Positions 47,878 through 62,384 of a DNA stretch of 64,000 bases are shown piece by piece. Numbering within the stretch: position 1 is the first letter of the stretch; each line of letters opens with the position of its first letter. The stretch covers positions 16,492,001 to 16,556,000 of the forward strand of contig OZ024765.1 of the NCBI GenBank assembly GCA_964016885.1. Direction: 5' to 3'. The notes beneath the pieces were generated by a model. It worked only from the letters and a program-made list of their open reading frames with translations. It searched no databases and had not been told where the DNA came from. The position numbers and the translations under genes were made by a program. Source of the stretch: Eledone cirrhosa. Lineage: Eukaryota.

Positions 47878-50345
47878 TATGCTCCCCAGGCAGGCCTCGG
47901 TTGCTTTTATGAGCAACTTTTACAAACAGCTTCAATGACAGAGGACCGAGACATCGTTATGCTAGCAGGCGATTTCAACGGACATGTTGGACAGCTCCAG
48001 GATGGATACACTGGGGTACATGGTGGGCATGGTTACGGCTAAAAAAAAGAAGAAGGAGTGAGGCTTCTTGAATTGTGTGATGTAAATGCACTAACCATTT
48101 GCAACACTAACTTCCAGAAGCCTACCAACCACCTAATAACCTACAAATCAGGCCAGCACATAAGCCAGATTGACTTCCTGATAGTTAGACAGCGAGACAG
48201 ACAGATGGTGTCAAATACTAAGGCATACCCCAGGGAAGAATGTACCCCACAGCATAGGTGATTCGTTAGTGACATCTTAGTAAGCAAGAGAAAGAAGGAG
48301 ACATACAGGAACGTGTGGAAAAGAAAGGTCTGGAAGCTAAAAGACCTTTCATTAAAATATAAATTAAGCAAAGACCTTCAATATGTGTATGACGAAAAAG
48401 AAGTCGATTTAGAGTTGTATGACATAGATGATAACTGGAATTTCTTGCGTGACAACTTACTGCAGGCTACTGAAGAAACTTGTGGTTGGGGCAGAGTTTC
48501 AACCAGACAGAGAGTGACCTGGTGGTGGAACAGCACGGTAGATAGGGCCATTAGTGACAAAAGACTGGCATGGAAGGCTTGGAAAAACAGTGGGAGTAGA
48601 GAAGGATGCACAGCCGCTATGAGAGAAGCCAGACGTCAGGTATACTTAGCACGCAGGGAGACTGGGAGAAGGAGGTTTGCCAATGTTCTGCGACGGGAAG
48701 ATCAGAGGCGTGCGGTGTTCCACATTGCAAGGCAGTGTGTCAATGCAAATCAGGATGTTGTTGGAGATAAATGTGTCCGGAATGATGCCGGTGTACTTAG
48801 TGTCACGAATGATCAGAAAAAGGAGGCCTGGAAATGTCATGACTGATGAATGTGGAGAACGAATGGGAGAGAGAGAAATTACCCTCAGTAGACCCGACAG
48901 AGAGACCATCTATTGAAATTGACGAATATAGGGTACAAGAGGCAATTAAGGAAATGAAGAATGGCAAGGCTGCTGGACCGTCGGGGATAGTTGCTGAGAT
49001 GCTGAAGGCATCAGGAGAAGTGGGTACTAAACTCGTTGCACGCATCATTAATCAAGCTATATATGGTGATGTCATAACGAAAGACTGGCGCAGCAGTATT
49101 CTCATAAATTGCTACAAATGTAAATGGGATGCTTAGAGAGGAGCAGTTATAGGGGCATAAAGCTGATGGATCAGGTTATGAAAGTGGCAGAGAGAATATT
49201 AGTGCAACTGATTAGGGAAAGGGTCAAATTAAATGAGAGGCAGTTTGGTTTTGTGCCTTGGAAAAGTACAACAGATGCCCTCTTCTTAGTGCGGCAACTA
49301 CAAGAGCGGTTCTTAGAGAAGAATAAGCCACTATACTTAGCTTTTGTTGACCTAGAGAAGGCCTTTGATAGGGTACCCTGATGTGTCATCTGGTAGTCCC
49401 TAAGGAACTTCTCTATGCTGATGATCTGGTTCTTATATCAGAATCAGTAGAGGAGTTAGAGAATAAATTCTGGCTATGGAAACAGCAGTTGGAATCAAGA
49501 GGCCTGAGAGTGAACATAGCTAAAACAAAAGTGTTGAAAAGTAGAAGAGAGGGCAATACTCTGATTCCATCGGGGAAATGGCCATGTCCGATATGTAGGA
49601 AAGGAACTGGCATAAATTCCATAACATGTATGCAATGCAGATCTTGGGTACACCAGAGATGTAGTAGGATAGCAGGCAAACTCACAAGTAGGGAAAACTA
49701 TGTATGCAGTAGATGTAGAGGGGAAGTTGGCAGCAGTAATCGCAGTGATAGACACATTTTTCCAATGCCGGTGGGTTCTATAGAAATGGTTGATAGCTTC
49801 CGGTACCTAGTATCTAGAATAAGGACGGGTAGGAAGAAGTTTAAGGAGCTGCTTCCTCTGTTGACAAAGAAGGGTTTCTCCCTGGGTATGAAAGGATGGT
49901 TATATGATGCCTGTGTGAGATGAGCGATGCTGCATGGTAGTGAGACATGGGTAGCAACTGCAGAAGAAATGTGACGGCTGGAGAGAAATGAATCAAGTAT
50001 GCCCAGTTGGATGTGCAATGCCAATGTGCATGAATGACCAAGCATAGACGAGTTGAGAGAGAAACTAGGTATAAGAGGGCTAAGTTGTGGTGTGCAGGAG
50101 TGAAGGCTGAGATGGTATGGACATGTGATGTGCATGGAGGATGACCGCTGGGTGAAGAAGTGCCAAGAAATGCCAGTAGAAGGAAGACGCAGTAGAGGTA
50201 GACAACGTGAAACATGGGCGGAGGTGGTGAGAGCAGACTTCAGATAGCTGAAACTCACTGAGGAGATGACGAAGGACCGTGACAACTGGAGAGATGCTGT
50301 GCTGAATAGGACCCGTCCCACCCTTGCAAGCAGGGAAAAGCGGAA
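47878..50345 (+). pseudogene. Decayed RTE LINE: APE endonuclease C-half, RT with internal deletion, PHD-like finger and 3' end
   Basis: YAPQAG, LAGDFNGHVG, QIDF, WWWN, GKAAGPSG, QFGF, FVDLEKAFDRVP, LLYADDL. Confidence 0.95.
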
Positions 50346-51006
50346 CTGATTATGGCTTGATTTCTATAGCTGGATGCCCTTCCTAACACCAACCTCATTT
50401 ACAGTGAGTGCTGGGTGCTTTTTCGCCGTGGCCCCTACTTGTCAACTTTACAGTGTGGGCTGTGTGTTTTTTTGCCGTGGCACCTCCACGACCACTTTGC
50501 AGTGGAATGATAGGAAACCCAGTCCCTATCATCTCATTTCTACAACTGAGTAAACTGGAGCAATGTGAAATAAAGTGTCTTGCTCAAGGAAACAGCACAT
50601 CACCCGGTCTGAGAATTGAACTCACAACCTTTCGATTGTAAGGCCAATGTTCTAACCACTAAGCCATGTGCCTCATAACAACATAAATATGATGATATTT
50701 TCTATTTATTACTATTATTAACATTACATATATATATATTATATATAGGTAACACGGTATATGTAACATATATGTAGGTAACTAGGTAACATGGTAAAAA
50801 AGCTCCCAGTCCACATGGTCACCCGACCAATCTTACATCAAGCGGGACAATTCCCGTCTAACCCACGCTAGCGTGGAAGATAGACGTTAAACGAAGATAA
50901 TGATGATGATATATATATATAAACAATGAGTTATATCGTTTGTTGATTATTATTCAACAGAGTTAATTTTATAACAGGTATGTCAATATCTTAGCACCGA
51001 ATATTA

Positions 51007-51066
51007 TATTTTATCTGATGAAAGCGCACTAAAATTTAGTGTCCTTGAAATACGTATAATAAAATA
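51007..51066 (+). ncRNA. Minimal hammerhead ribozyme (same family as 14839)
   Basis: tattttat-CTGATGA-aagcgcacta..tagtgtcctt-GAAA-t acgt a-TA-ataaaata; perfect 8-bp helix I and palindromic ACGT loop. Confidence 0.8.
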
Positions 51067-51663
51067 AATATGGTATTATAAAGATATTTTCCATTTATTA
51101 ATATTATTAATATATACATATATATATATAAGTACAAAGTGAAACCTACAGTCAGTAGGCACCTCTTTACCAAAATACACCCCCATCCCACTACCCCTAC
51201 CCCCACCTCCATCTACAACACCCCTTTCGATGTAAAGTTATGTTGGTACCACAACATCCAGTCCTAAATAAATGAGGTCGTGTAGGTGTCACGACAAAAA
51301 ACACACAGTCCACGCTGTAATGCGGTTGTGTAGGTAACACGGTAAAAACCTCCCAGTCAACACTGTAAACGTGGTTGGTGTTAGGAAGGGCATCCAGCCG
51401 TAGAAAACCCGCCAGACAGTCCTATACGAGCAAGACAACCAATCTTGCCACAGGTGGGACAATTCCCGTCCAGACCCATGCTAGCATGGAAGATGGACGT
51501 TAAACGATGATGATGATATATATAAGAGAAAGAAATATTTGACAAATATAATTCTGTGTTCGACAAAAGAGTGAATAATAAAACAAATATTAGTGTCGAG
51601 AAACAAACAAAAAACACCAAAAAATTGTATTTGGGCGTAGATATTAACAAAAATCTCTCAAAA

Positions 51664-52117
51664 GTGGTGCCCCAGCATGGCCACAGTCTAATGCCTGGAA
51701 CCAGTAAAGGACATAAAATAACATGGTGCTCCAGCATGGCCACAGTCTAATGACTGAAATCAGTAAACGTCATACAAGAATGTAGTGCCCCAGCATGGCC
51801 ACAGTCTAATGACTGAAACCAGTAAAGGACATAAAACAATGTGGTGCCCCAGCAGGGCCACAGTCTAATGCCTGAAACCAGTAAAAGACATACAAGAATG
51901 TAGTGCCCCAGCATGGCCACAGTCTAATGCCTGAAACCAGTAAAAGACATAAGAATGTAGTGCCCCAGCATGGCCACAGTCTGATGCCTGAAACCAGTAA
52001 AAGACTTTAAACAACGTGGTGCCCCAGTATGGCCAGTCTAATGCCTGATACCAGTAAAAGACTTTAAACAACGTGGTGCCCCAGTATGGCCACAGTCTAA
52101 TGCCTGAAACCAGTAAA
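51664..52117 (+). repeat. Tandem array of 8 x ~58 bp, resembling a retroposon 3'-terminal stem-loop
   Basis: Unit gtgccccagcatggccacagtctaatg(a/c)ctgaaaccagtaaa followed by an A-rich linker. Confidence 0.85.
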
Positions 52118-52311
52118 GGTACAAATGAATAGAGAAAATAAATATATATATAAATAACAAAAATATGTTGTAGAATTTCTTGTGAAGTCATCTTTTAGCT
52201 TTAAACTATTTGTATGTATTGTACACAGCTTACGGCATGGTTTGATCCTAGTAGCGCATAAAATATATACCTGATAATACATACATACATATACACATAC
52301 AGACAGACATA

Positions 52312-52384
<73 letters not shown>

Positions 52385-52595
52385 TAATAATAATAGTAAT
52401 AATAAAAAAAAAATAATATAAAAATATATTTCTATCCCTCCACCTCGAAATAACAGCATGAAGTATGGCTCAAAACATTCACACACACACATATATATAT
52501 ATATATACATATACACACATTCATATATGTATATATATATACATACATACATATATGTATATATATATACATACATACATATATGTATATATATA

Positions 52596-52627
<32 letters not shown>

Positions 52628-52638
52628 CATACAGACAT

Positions 52639-52682
<44 letters not shown>

Positions 52683-52775
52683 AGACATACATACACATAT
52701 ATACACATACATATATATATAAATATATATCTACACACGCATACATACATACAGACAGACATACATACATACATA

Positions 52776-52835
<60 letters not shown>

Positions 52836-52855
52836 TATATATATGTGTGTGGAAG

Positions 52856-52922
<67 letters not shown>

Positions 52923-52983
52923 GAAAGGTATAGAAAGTATTGTAGCAAGAGGCCAACAGTATTCCATAATATATATATACACA

Positions 52984-53043
<60 letters not shown>

Positions 53044-53734
53044 AACAAATATACAAAAACACATCATATATCTCACCCACCACCCCAAAACAGCAGCATC
53101 AAGTGTGGTTCAAAAGCCACCGAGATACCTAAACCAACAAATGCAGTACATGCAACATAATCAAACCTTTTTCCTTTTTTCCACCTAGTTTTTTCCTTTA
53201 CTATATTTCAATTATTAATTTTATTAGTTTCTTCACCAGCAGAAAATGTCTTACTTTTACAGTTTTCTTGTATTTTTCTTATTTATTTTCTGGTATATAG
53301 TTATTTTTTATTTTTTTATTTTTTGTTTTTTCTTTAAATATTTTTAAATGTAAAATTTAAAAGTAAAAAAAAAAAAAAAAAAAAAAGAAGGACGTGCTAG
53401 AAATTATATTTTTACTTTCGTTTACACATGATTAATCAAGGATTCAGCACGCGTATCGTGCTCCTTTTTCTTCTTGTTTTTTTTTTTTCAGTTTTTAGAG
53501 TTAAAAATGTGGGTAAGTGGGAGGGGCATATTTTTATAAATTCTATCAGTCCGTCAGTCTGTCTGTCTGTCTGTCTGCCTGCCTGTTTGTCTGTCTGACT
53601 GCCTGTCTGCCTGCCTGTCTGTCCATCTGTCCGACATAACCTTCAGTCAATGTAAAGTAAAATGTAGGAAGAAGATCTTGGAGTTTACCTGATGGAGCGG
53701 TTTACTGGAACGAAGAGGGAAAAAAGAGAACAGA

Positions 53735-55505
53735 ACAGAAATATACACACACACACACACACATACCAGAAATATACACACACACACACACATACCAGAA
53801 ATATACACACACACACACACATACCAGAAACATACACACACACACCAGAAATATACACACACACACACACATACCAGAAACATACACACACCCACACCAG
53901 AAACATACACACACACACCAGAAACATACACACACACACACACCAGAAACATACAAACCCACACACACACCAGAAACATACAAACCCACACCAGAAACAT
54001 ACACACACACATACCAGAAACATACACACACCCACACCAGAAACATACACACACACATACCAGAAACATACACACACACACATACCAGAAACATACACAC
54101 ACACATACCAGAAACATATACACACACATACCAGAAACATACACACACCCACACCAGAAACATACACACACACATACCAGAAACATACACACACACATAC
54201 CACAAACATACACACACACACACCAGAAACATACACACACACACCAGAAACAAAAACACACACACACCAGAAACATACACACACACCAGAAACATACACA
54301 CACATACAAGAAACATACACACACACCAGTAACACACACACACACCAGAAACATACACACACACACACACCAGAAACATAAACACATCCACACCAGAAAC
54401 ATACACACACCCACACGAGAAACATACACACACATACCAGAAACATACACACACATACCAGAAACATACACACACACCAGTAACATACACACACACACCA
54501 GAAACATACACACACACACACACCAGAAACACACACACATACCAGCAACATACACACACACACCAGAAACATACACACACACACACACCAGAAACACACA
54601 CACATACCAGCAACATACACACACACACCAGTAACATACACACACACACCAGCAACATACACACACACACCAGCAACATACACACACACACACCAGAAAC
54701 ATACACACACACACACCAGAAACATACACACACACACACCAGAAACATACACACACACACCAGAAATATACACACACACACACACATACCAGAAACATAC
54801 ACACACCCACACCAGAAACATACACACACACATACCAGAAACATACACACACACATACCACAAACATACACACACACACACCAGAAACATACACACACAC
54901 ACCAGAAACAAAAACACACACACACCAGAAACATACACACACACCAGAAACATACACACACATACAAGAAACATACACACACACCAGTAACACACACACA
55001 CACCAGAAACATACACACACACACACACCAGAAACATAAACACATCCACACCAGAAACATACACACACCCACACGAGAAACATACACACACATACCAGAA
55101 ACATACACACACATACCAGAAACATACACACACACCAGTAACATACACACACACACCAGAAACATACACACACACACACACCAGAAACACACACACATAC
55201 CAGCAACATACACACACACACCAGAAACATACACACACACACACACCAGAAACACACACACATACCAGCAACATACACACACACACCAGTAACATACACA
55301 CACACACCAGCAACATACACACACACACCAGCAACATACACACACACACACCAGAAACATACACACACACACACACCAGAAACATACACACACTCATACC
55401 AGAAACATACACACACTCATACCAGAAACATACACACGCTCATACCAGAAACATACACACACACACACCAGAAACATACACACATACACACACCAGAAAC
55501 ACACA
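53735..55505. repeat. ccagaaacat(ac)n minisatellite with a ~658-bp higher-order duplication
   Basis: Rare variants recur at a fixed offset (cacaaacata at 54201 and 54859). Confidence 0.92.
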
Positions 55506-55591
55506 CAACAACCAAGATGCTTGTTTTGGTTTCAGTTTTTCATTAAAGACAACAGAAACATCAACTGTTTCACTACCGATTGTGAGTATCA

Positions 55592-56985
55592 CCACTAGCA
55601 CTACCACCACCACACTACCACTAGCACTACCACCACCACACTACCACTAACACTACTGCCACCACTACCACCTCCACCACACTATCTCCACCTCCACCAC
55701 ACTACCACTACCACCACCACACTACCACTAACACCACCACTACCACCAACACCACCTCCACCACACTATCTCCACCTCCACCACACTACCACTAGCACTA
55801 CCACCACCACACTACCACTAACACTACCGCCACCACCTCCACCACACTATCTCCACCTCCACCACACTACCACTAGCACTACCACCACCACACTACCACT
55901 AACACTACCACCACCACTACCACCAACACCACCTCCACCACACTATCTCCACCTCCACCACACTACCACTAGCACTACCACCACCACACTACCACTAACA
56001 CTACCGCCACCACTACCACCTCCACCACACTATCTCCACCTCCACCACACTACCACTACCACCACCACACTACCACTAACACCACCACTACCACCAACAC
56101 CACCTCCACCACACTATCTCCACCTCCACCACACTACCACTAGCACTACCACCACCACACTACCACTAACACTACCGCCACCACCTCCACCACACTATCT
56201 CCACCTCCACCACACTACCACTACCACCACCACTAACACCACCACTACCACCAACACCACCGCCACCACACTATCTCCACCTCCACCACTAACACTACCG
56301 CCATCACTACCACCAACACCACCTCACTATCTCCACCTCCACCACACTACCACTACCGCTACCACTACCACCAACACCACCTCCACCACACTATCTCCAC
56401 CTCCACCACACTACCACTAACACCACCACCACCACCACTATCTCCACCTCCACCACACTACCACCACCACTATCTCCACCACCACCACTACCACTAACAC
56501 CACCACCACCACTACCACCACCTCCACCACTAACACCACCACTACCAACACCGCCACCACACTACCACCACCACTACCTCCACCACACTACCTCTAACAC
56601 TACCGCCACCACTAACACCACCACTACCACCACCTCCACCACACTACCACTACCTCCACCACTAACACCACCGGCACCACTACCAACACCACCAGCACTA
56701 ACGCCACCAGCACTACCACTAACATCACTAACACTACCACCAGCACCATTACCACTAGCACCACCAACACCACTACCAACAATGAAATCACTATTACCAC
56801 TACAACCACCAACACCAACAATGCAATCACCATTACCCCTATCACCACCACCAACACAACAACAATCCTACCACCCACCACCACCACCGCCATCCTACCT
56901 CCCACCACCACCACCATACCACCCACCACCACCACCATCCTACCACACACCACCACCACCACCACAACACTACCCCCAACACACC
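55592..56985. repeat. (ACC/ACT)n low-complexity minisatellite
   Basis: Direct reading. Confidence 0.95.
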
Positions 56986-57013
56986 CCATTGCTGAGTAAA
57001 GAGGAAAACATTA

Positions 57014-57875
57014 ATTGGCAGTATCGGTAGAGGGTTGGACGCCATGCTTTCTAGCATAGAGTTACATCCCTTTATGATCCGAGTTCAAATCCCGCCGAGG
57101 TTAACTTTGCCTTTCATCCTTACGGAGTCGATAAAATAAAGTACCAGTAATGCACTGGGGTTGATTTAATCAACTTCCCCCCACCCTTCTCCCAAATTGT
57201 TGACCTAATACCTAAAATCATGTTTTATGATTTTAGACATTAGCTCAACAATTTGGGAGAAGGGGGGGGGGAGGTTGATTGAATCAACCCCAGTACATTG
57301 CTGGTAGTTTACTTTGTCGACCCCGTAAGGATGAAAGGCAAAATTAACCTCTGCGGCATTTGAACTCAGAACATAAAAGGCCACAACTCTGTGTCAATCC
57401 ATCGCCCACAATGATGATGATAATTATAATAATTGTTTCTACTTTAGGCACAAGGCCACCAAATACCCCAGTACATCACTGGTACTTTATTTTATCGACC
57501 CCGTAAGGATGAAAGGCAAAGTCAACCTCGGCGGGATTTGATAATTATAATAATGATTTCTACTATAGGCATAAGACCAGTAGTTTTGGAGGTGGGGAAA
57601 AATTGATTAAAATCAACACCAGTTCATGACTGGTACTTTATTCTATCGACCCCGTAAGGATGAAAAATAAGGGTTTCTTATATAGGTACACGGCGAGCAA
57701 TTTTGGGGGAGGGGAAAGTCGATAAAATCGACCCAGTGCATTGCTGGTACTTTATTTTATCGACCCTGAAAGGATGAAAAGCAAAGCTAACCTATGTGGG
57801 ATGTGAAATAAGAACCCAAAGGGTTGTAACGCTATGCCACAAAGCAGATTATCCAAGGCCCTATTGATACTGAAA
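57014..57875. mobile_element. SINE cluster: one plus-strand copy then four minus-strand copies; the first two form a fold-back
   Basis: SINE consensus motifs. Confidence 0.88.
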
Positions 57876-58139
57876 TAAACTCTTCTCAAAATTTGGCCTT
57901 AAATGGTCAGTTGAACAACAATAATCTCAAATTAATACATCAAAGTCCGGCACAAAATATATCAAACTAGGCTTGTTCTCAACACGCTGACGTGTATATG
58001 TATATATGTGTGTGTATGTGCATATGTCTGTATGTGTTTGTATGTGCATATGTCTGTATGTGTGTGTGCATATGCATACATTTATATGTATGAGTATATA
58101 AATATAAACGCGCAAACACAGACACACTTAGAAAAATAC

Positions 58140-58565
58140 ACACTCACAGACATACATTCACACAGATTCACATATGTTTACACACACACACACACACTCA
58201 CAGACATACATTCACACAGATTCACATATATTTACATACACACACACAGACATACATTCACACAGATTCACATATATTTACACAGACATACATTCACAGA
58301 TTCACATATATTTACACACACACACACACACTCACAGACATACATTCACACAGATTCACATATATTTACACACACACACACACACTCACAGACATACATT
58401 CACACAGATTCACATATATTTACACACACACAGACATACATTCACACATATTCACATATATTTACACATACACACACACACACATACATTCACACAGATT
58501 CACATATTTACACACACACACACTCACAGACATACATTTACACAGATTCACATATATTTACACAA
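58140..58565. repeat. CA-rich ~40-50-bp minisatellite
   Basis: Unit cagacatacattcacacagattcacatatatttac(ac)n. Confidence 0.9.
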
Positions 58566-58799
58566 ACACCCACATACATTCTCACAAACACATACAAACA
58601 TTTATACAAACACACACAGGCATACAGTCACACACAGCATAGCAAATGAAGCATCAGCCACAGTTTTGCTATAGTTTTTTCCCCATCCCCTTCCTTCCTT
58701 TAACACACACATATATTTACGTAAACATACACAGACGCTGTGTGACAGACGGATAGAAGTCACTGAAATGTATATATAGATTGGCGCGAAAAGAGTAAT

Positions 58800-60479
58800 A
58801 AAAATGATTGGACACAAACAATATCTTAAAAGTACATATAAATGGATGCTGAAAATGGTTGTAGATTATAAAAGGAAAGAATAATTTGCATTCAATCATG
58901 AAGCGAAGTAGGATGTTTGCTGAAGAATTATGAATAGTTACAGAAAATTTTGAAAATGATGGCAATTCTGTAATTAGACTACAAATTTCTGTATTTCCCG
59001 GCATCAAAGATGCTTTGTCCTCGAGGATGCACCCAAATTTTGATAACCAAGAATTTGAAAAAAATAATAAACAACCTTCGGCTTCCAGAACACATGATAG
59101 AATTTTGAGACTTATTTTAGGAAAATAGGAGCGGCTTCGGCACCAGGAAATACGGCATATCAAAATGTTGACAAAATATGAAATGAAGGTCGAGGGAAAC
59201 TGTGTGCAAAATGGGAGCAAAAATATCTGCATGGGCAGTATGTCCTCCCTAGCAAAGAACCTGATGTAGATTAAACTCTCACACATCAATTGCTGTAGAG
59301 TTCTGGGATAAAGGCAGAGTGTGAAGGCTTCATTTTAACTGCATTGGCCAGTACATTTCAACGTCCAACTTTTAAGCCAATGTGTTCAGAAATGGAGCTG
59401 ACCTTAGGTGTCGAATATGTGATGAACATGTTGAGACCATTGACCATAAGGTTTCAGGTTGCAAAGAATATGCTCCTCAAGGGTATAAAACTAGGTATGA
59501 TATCACATGGCAATATTTCTTCTCTTCTTTTTATTGTCTTCCCTCCATCAAAGGTGAAGCATCTTCGTTTTGTTTTATTCTAATGGCAGGAACATGTTTC
59601 TCATAACACCTGTAAACTACTAGATTTATCCATTAACTGGTGCAGCTGTGCCAACCAATTCTTGAATTAATAGCTGATCATCTGTGAAGCCACTGGCGTT
59701 CACGACACGGAGGTCCCCTAATTAAACTGATGGTTTGCGCATGCTCTAATTACTATGAAACAAGCAGGACTTTTAATGAGGCTTACTCCTGTAAATCCAT
59801 ATCAGAGACACCTCATGTAGAATGTGGCTCTTTGCCATGCAAGTCGGTCTTCAAACTGATATATTTACACTGCGTAATATACGCTTTACAACATAATGAC
59901 ATGAAGGAAAGAGGCATTCCAGTCATGGCCATCCATCATAATTTCTACTGTAGATCACTCTAGTTCTGGATGTATCAAGTATCATTCCTTTTTAACCCTT
60001 TAGAATTTAAACTGGCCATATCCAGCCAGAATTCTACCACCTATTTATGGTAAAACCGGCCATAATGAACTACTCATACTTATATTAAGGTATTGTTCTC
60101 AAAATAAATAATATCAAAATCTCATAGATTCGATATTATGTAAGATAACTATGTGAGGTGAAGTATTTACTTTGAAAATACAATAGAAAATATAGAGTAA
60201 AGTAAATGTTAAATGGTTAAAGAAGTTTCTCTCTGATTTGAGGGAGATATAGCTGCTATTTCTATCTCATCTTCGTTTATCTGTTTCTTTCTCAGAAGCA
60301 GTAACCGAAGGTGAGAATGTGACAATCTAATGGGATTTCACTGTGAACACCGACAGAACAATCAAAGCCAACAGACTCGGGATAATAAAACCAAATCTTA
60401 CTTCTTAATTGACGTGATCAACCCACCACATTGTAAAATCCGGAAAGAGTTCAGATGGCTCAGTAAATATAAAGATCTT
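58800..60479 (+). pseudogene. R4/Dong-clade (RLE endonuclease) LINE remnant, interrupted at ~59520-60295
   Basis: KWEQKYLHGQY...THQLL*SSGIKAECEGFI; CCHC knuckle CRICDEHVETIDHKVSGC; RLE region VTI*WDFTVNTDRTIKANR...LIDV...LSKYKDL. Confidence 0.85.
59992..60220. mobile_element. piggyBac-like MITE
   Basis: TTAA-ccctttagaattt ... aaatgttaaatgg-TTAA imperfect TIRs. Confidence 0.55.
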
Positions 60480-60481
60480 CT

Positions 60482-61940
60482 TCACTCACTTATTCCTGAG
60501 AGGGTCGTGGGGCCAGAGTCCTCAAACACCCCTTCCAGCAGATCCTATCAGAAGCAACCACCTCCAATTGATTTGGAAGGATCCCCAAGCGAGACCAGCC
60601 AATATCATGGATGTTTTCCAGCCATCTTGCTAAGGATCTACCCCTGAGTCTCGCCCAGTGATTATTTCTTAAGACATTCTAATACACATACCCATAGGAT
60701 TGGAGATACAGCAATTCTACCTGGAGTGACTCTCTGATCTCTGAGCTACAAATCTGTCCAGTGATTCTTTCCTGAGACATTCTAACCACATGTCCATAGT
60801 ATCAGAGCTGTGATCTCTCAATTCAGAGAAGTAGAAGCTCTACCTGGAATGACTCTCTGATCTCTGAGCTACAAATATGTCCAGTGATTCTTTCCTGAGA
60901 CATTCTAACCACATGTCCATAGTATCAGAGCTGTGATCTCTCAATTCAGAGAAGTAGCAGCTCTACCTGGAGTGACTCTCTGATCTCTGAGCTACAAATA
61001 TGTCCCAGTGATTCTTTCCTGAGACATTCTAACCACATGTCCATAGTATCAGAGCTGTGATCTCTCAATTCAGAGAAGTAGCAGCTCTACCTGGAGTGAC
61101 TCTCTGATCTCTGAGCTACAAATATGTCCCAGTGATTCTTTCCTGAGACATTCTAACCACATGTCCATAGTATCAGAGCTGTGATCTCTCAATTCAGAGA
61201 AGTAGCAGCTCTACCTGGAGTGACACTCTGATCTCTGAGCTACAAATATGTCCCAGTGATTCTTTCCTGAGACATTCTAACCACATGTCCATAGTATCAG
61301 AGCTGTGATCTCTCAATTCAGAGAAGTAGCAGCTCTACCTGGAGTGACTCTCTGATCTCTGAGCTACAAATATGTCCCAGTGATTCTTTCCTGAGACATT
61401 CTAACCACATGTCCATAGTATCAGAGCTGTGATCTCTCAATTCAGAGAAGTAGCAGCTCTACCTGGAGTGACTCTCTGATCTCTGAGCTACAAATATGTC
61501 CCAGTGATTCTTTCCTGAGACATTCTAACCACATGTCCATAGTATCAGAGCTGTGATCTCTCAATTCAGAGAAGTAGCAGCTCTACCTGGAGTGACTCTC
61601 TGATCTCTGAGCTACAAATATGTCCCAGTGATTCTTTCCTGAGACATTCTAACCACATGTCCATAGTATCAGAGCTGTGATCTCTCAATTCAGAGAAGTA
61701 GCAGCTCTACCTGGAATGACTCTCTGATCTCCGAACTACAAATCTGCCCAATGATTCTGTCCTGAGACATTCTAACCCCATGCCCATAGTATCAGAGCTG
61801 TGATCTCTCAATTCGGAGAAGTAGCAGTTCTACCTGGAGTGAATCTCTGATCTCCGAGTTACCTACTTTATCGAGTAACATTCCTCCAAAGACCCTTCAG
61901 AGGAATCCCACATCGGTTGCTTGTATTCACGATTGTATTC
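60482..61940 (-). mobile_element. RTE (Expander/Rex3-like) 3' region containing a 124-bp tandem array
   Basis: Minus-strand IQATDVGFL*RV...SEIRDSLQVELLLLRIERSQL*YYGH.VRM...RGRSLARWLENIHDIGWSRLGI. Confidence 0.8.
60758..61858. repeat. 124-bp minisatellite, 9 units plus a partial
   Basis: Unit starts at 60758, 60881, 61005, 61129, 61253, 61377, 61501, 61625 and ~61748. Confidence 0.95.
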
Positions 61941-62384
61941 TTATTAAGATCTATCAACTGAAATTGAGTAAATGTGGCATTTTAAAACGCGTACAATACT
62001 AGTGGTAGCCAGGTAGGTGTCCTTGAAATGGTAAAAAAAAAAAAAAAAAAATGAAACAGAAAAGTATTTGGACCAGATATCTGGACAGACATTTCTGCAG
62101 GAGATACAGAAAATATTACTGACTGACACAGTCAATGACCTTTGAAGGTCATTGACAATTTAAATACTTTGCAAAAACATTTACTTTTGTGCATATATCC
62201 TCATTATATTATTTATATGACAATTGATCGTTAAATATGTGTATTACCATATATGGCCTCAGGTATCATATTGACACTCGAGGCAATATATGATGGAAAA
62301 GTAGAATCCAAAGAAAGTTTATAATAATAATAATAATAATAATAACAACAATAATAATAATAACAACAATAAAACTAACAATAG

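Noticed and set aside
51664-52117. CRISPR-like array (also 31850-32237 and 60758-61858)
   Set aside because: Spacers are homologous to each other or absent, there are no cas genes, and the context is eukaryotic.
62131-62156. Palindrome with AGGTCA half-sites as a nuclear-receptor element
   Set aside because: Short, no promoter context, and such motifs are common in repeats.
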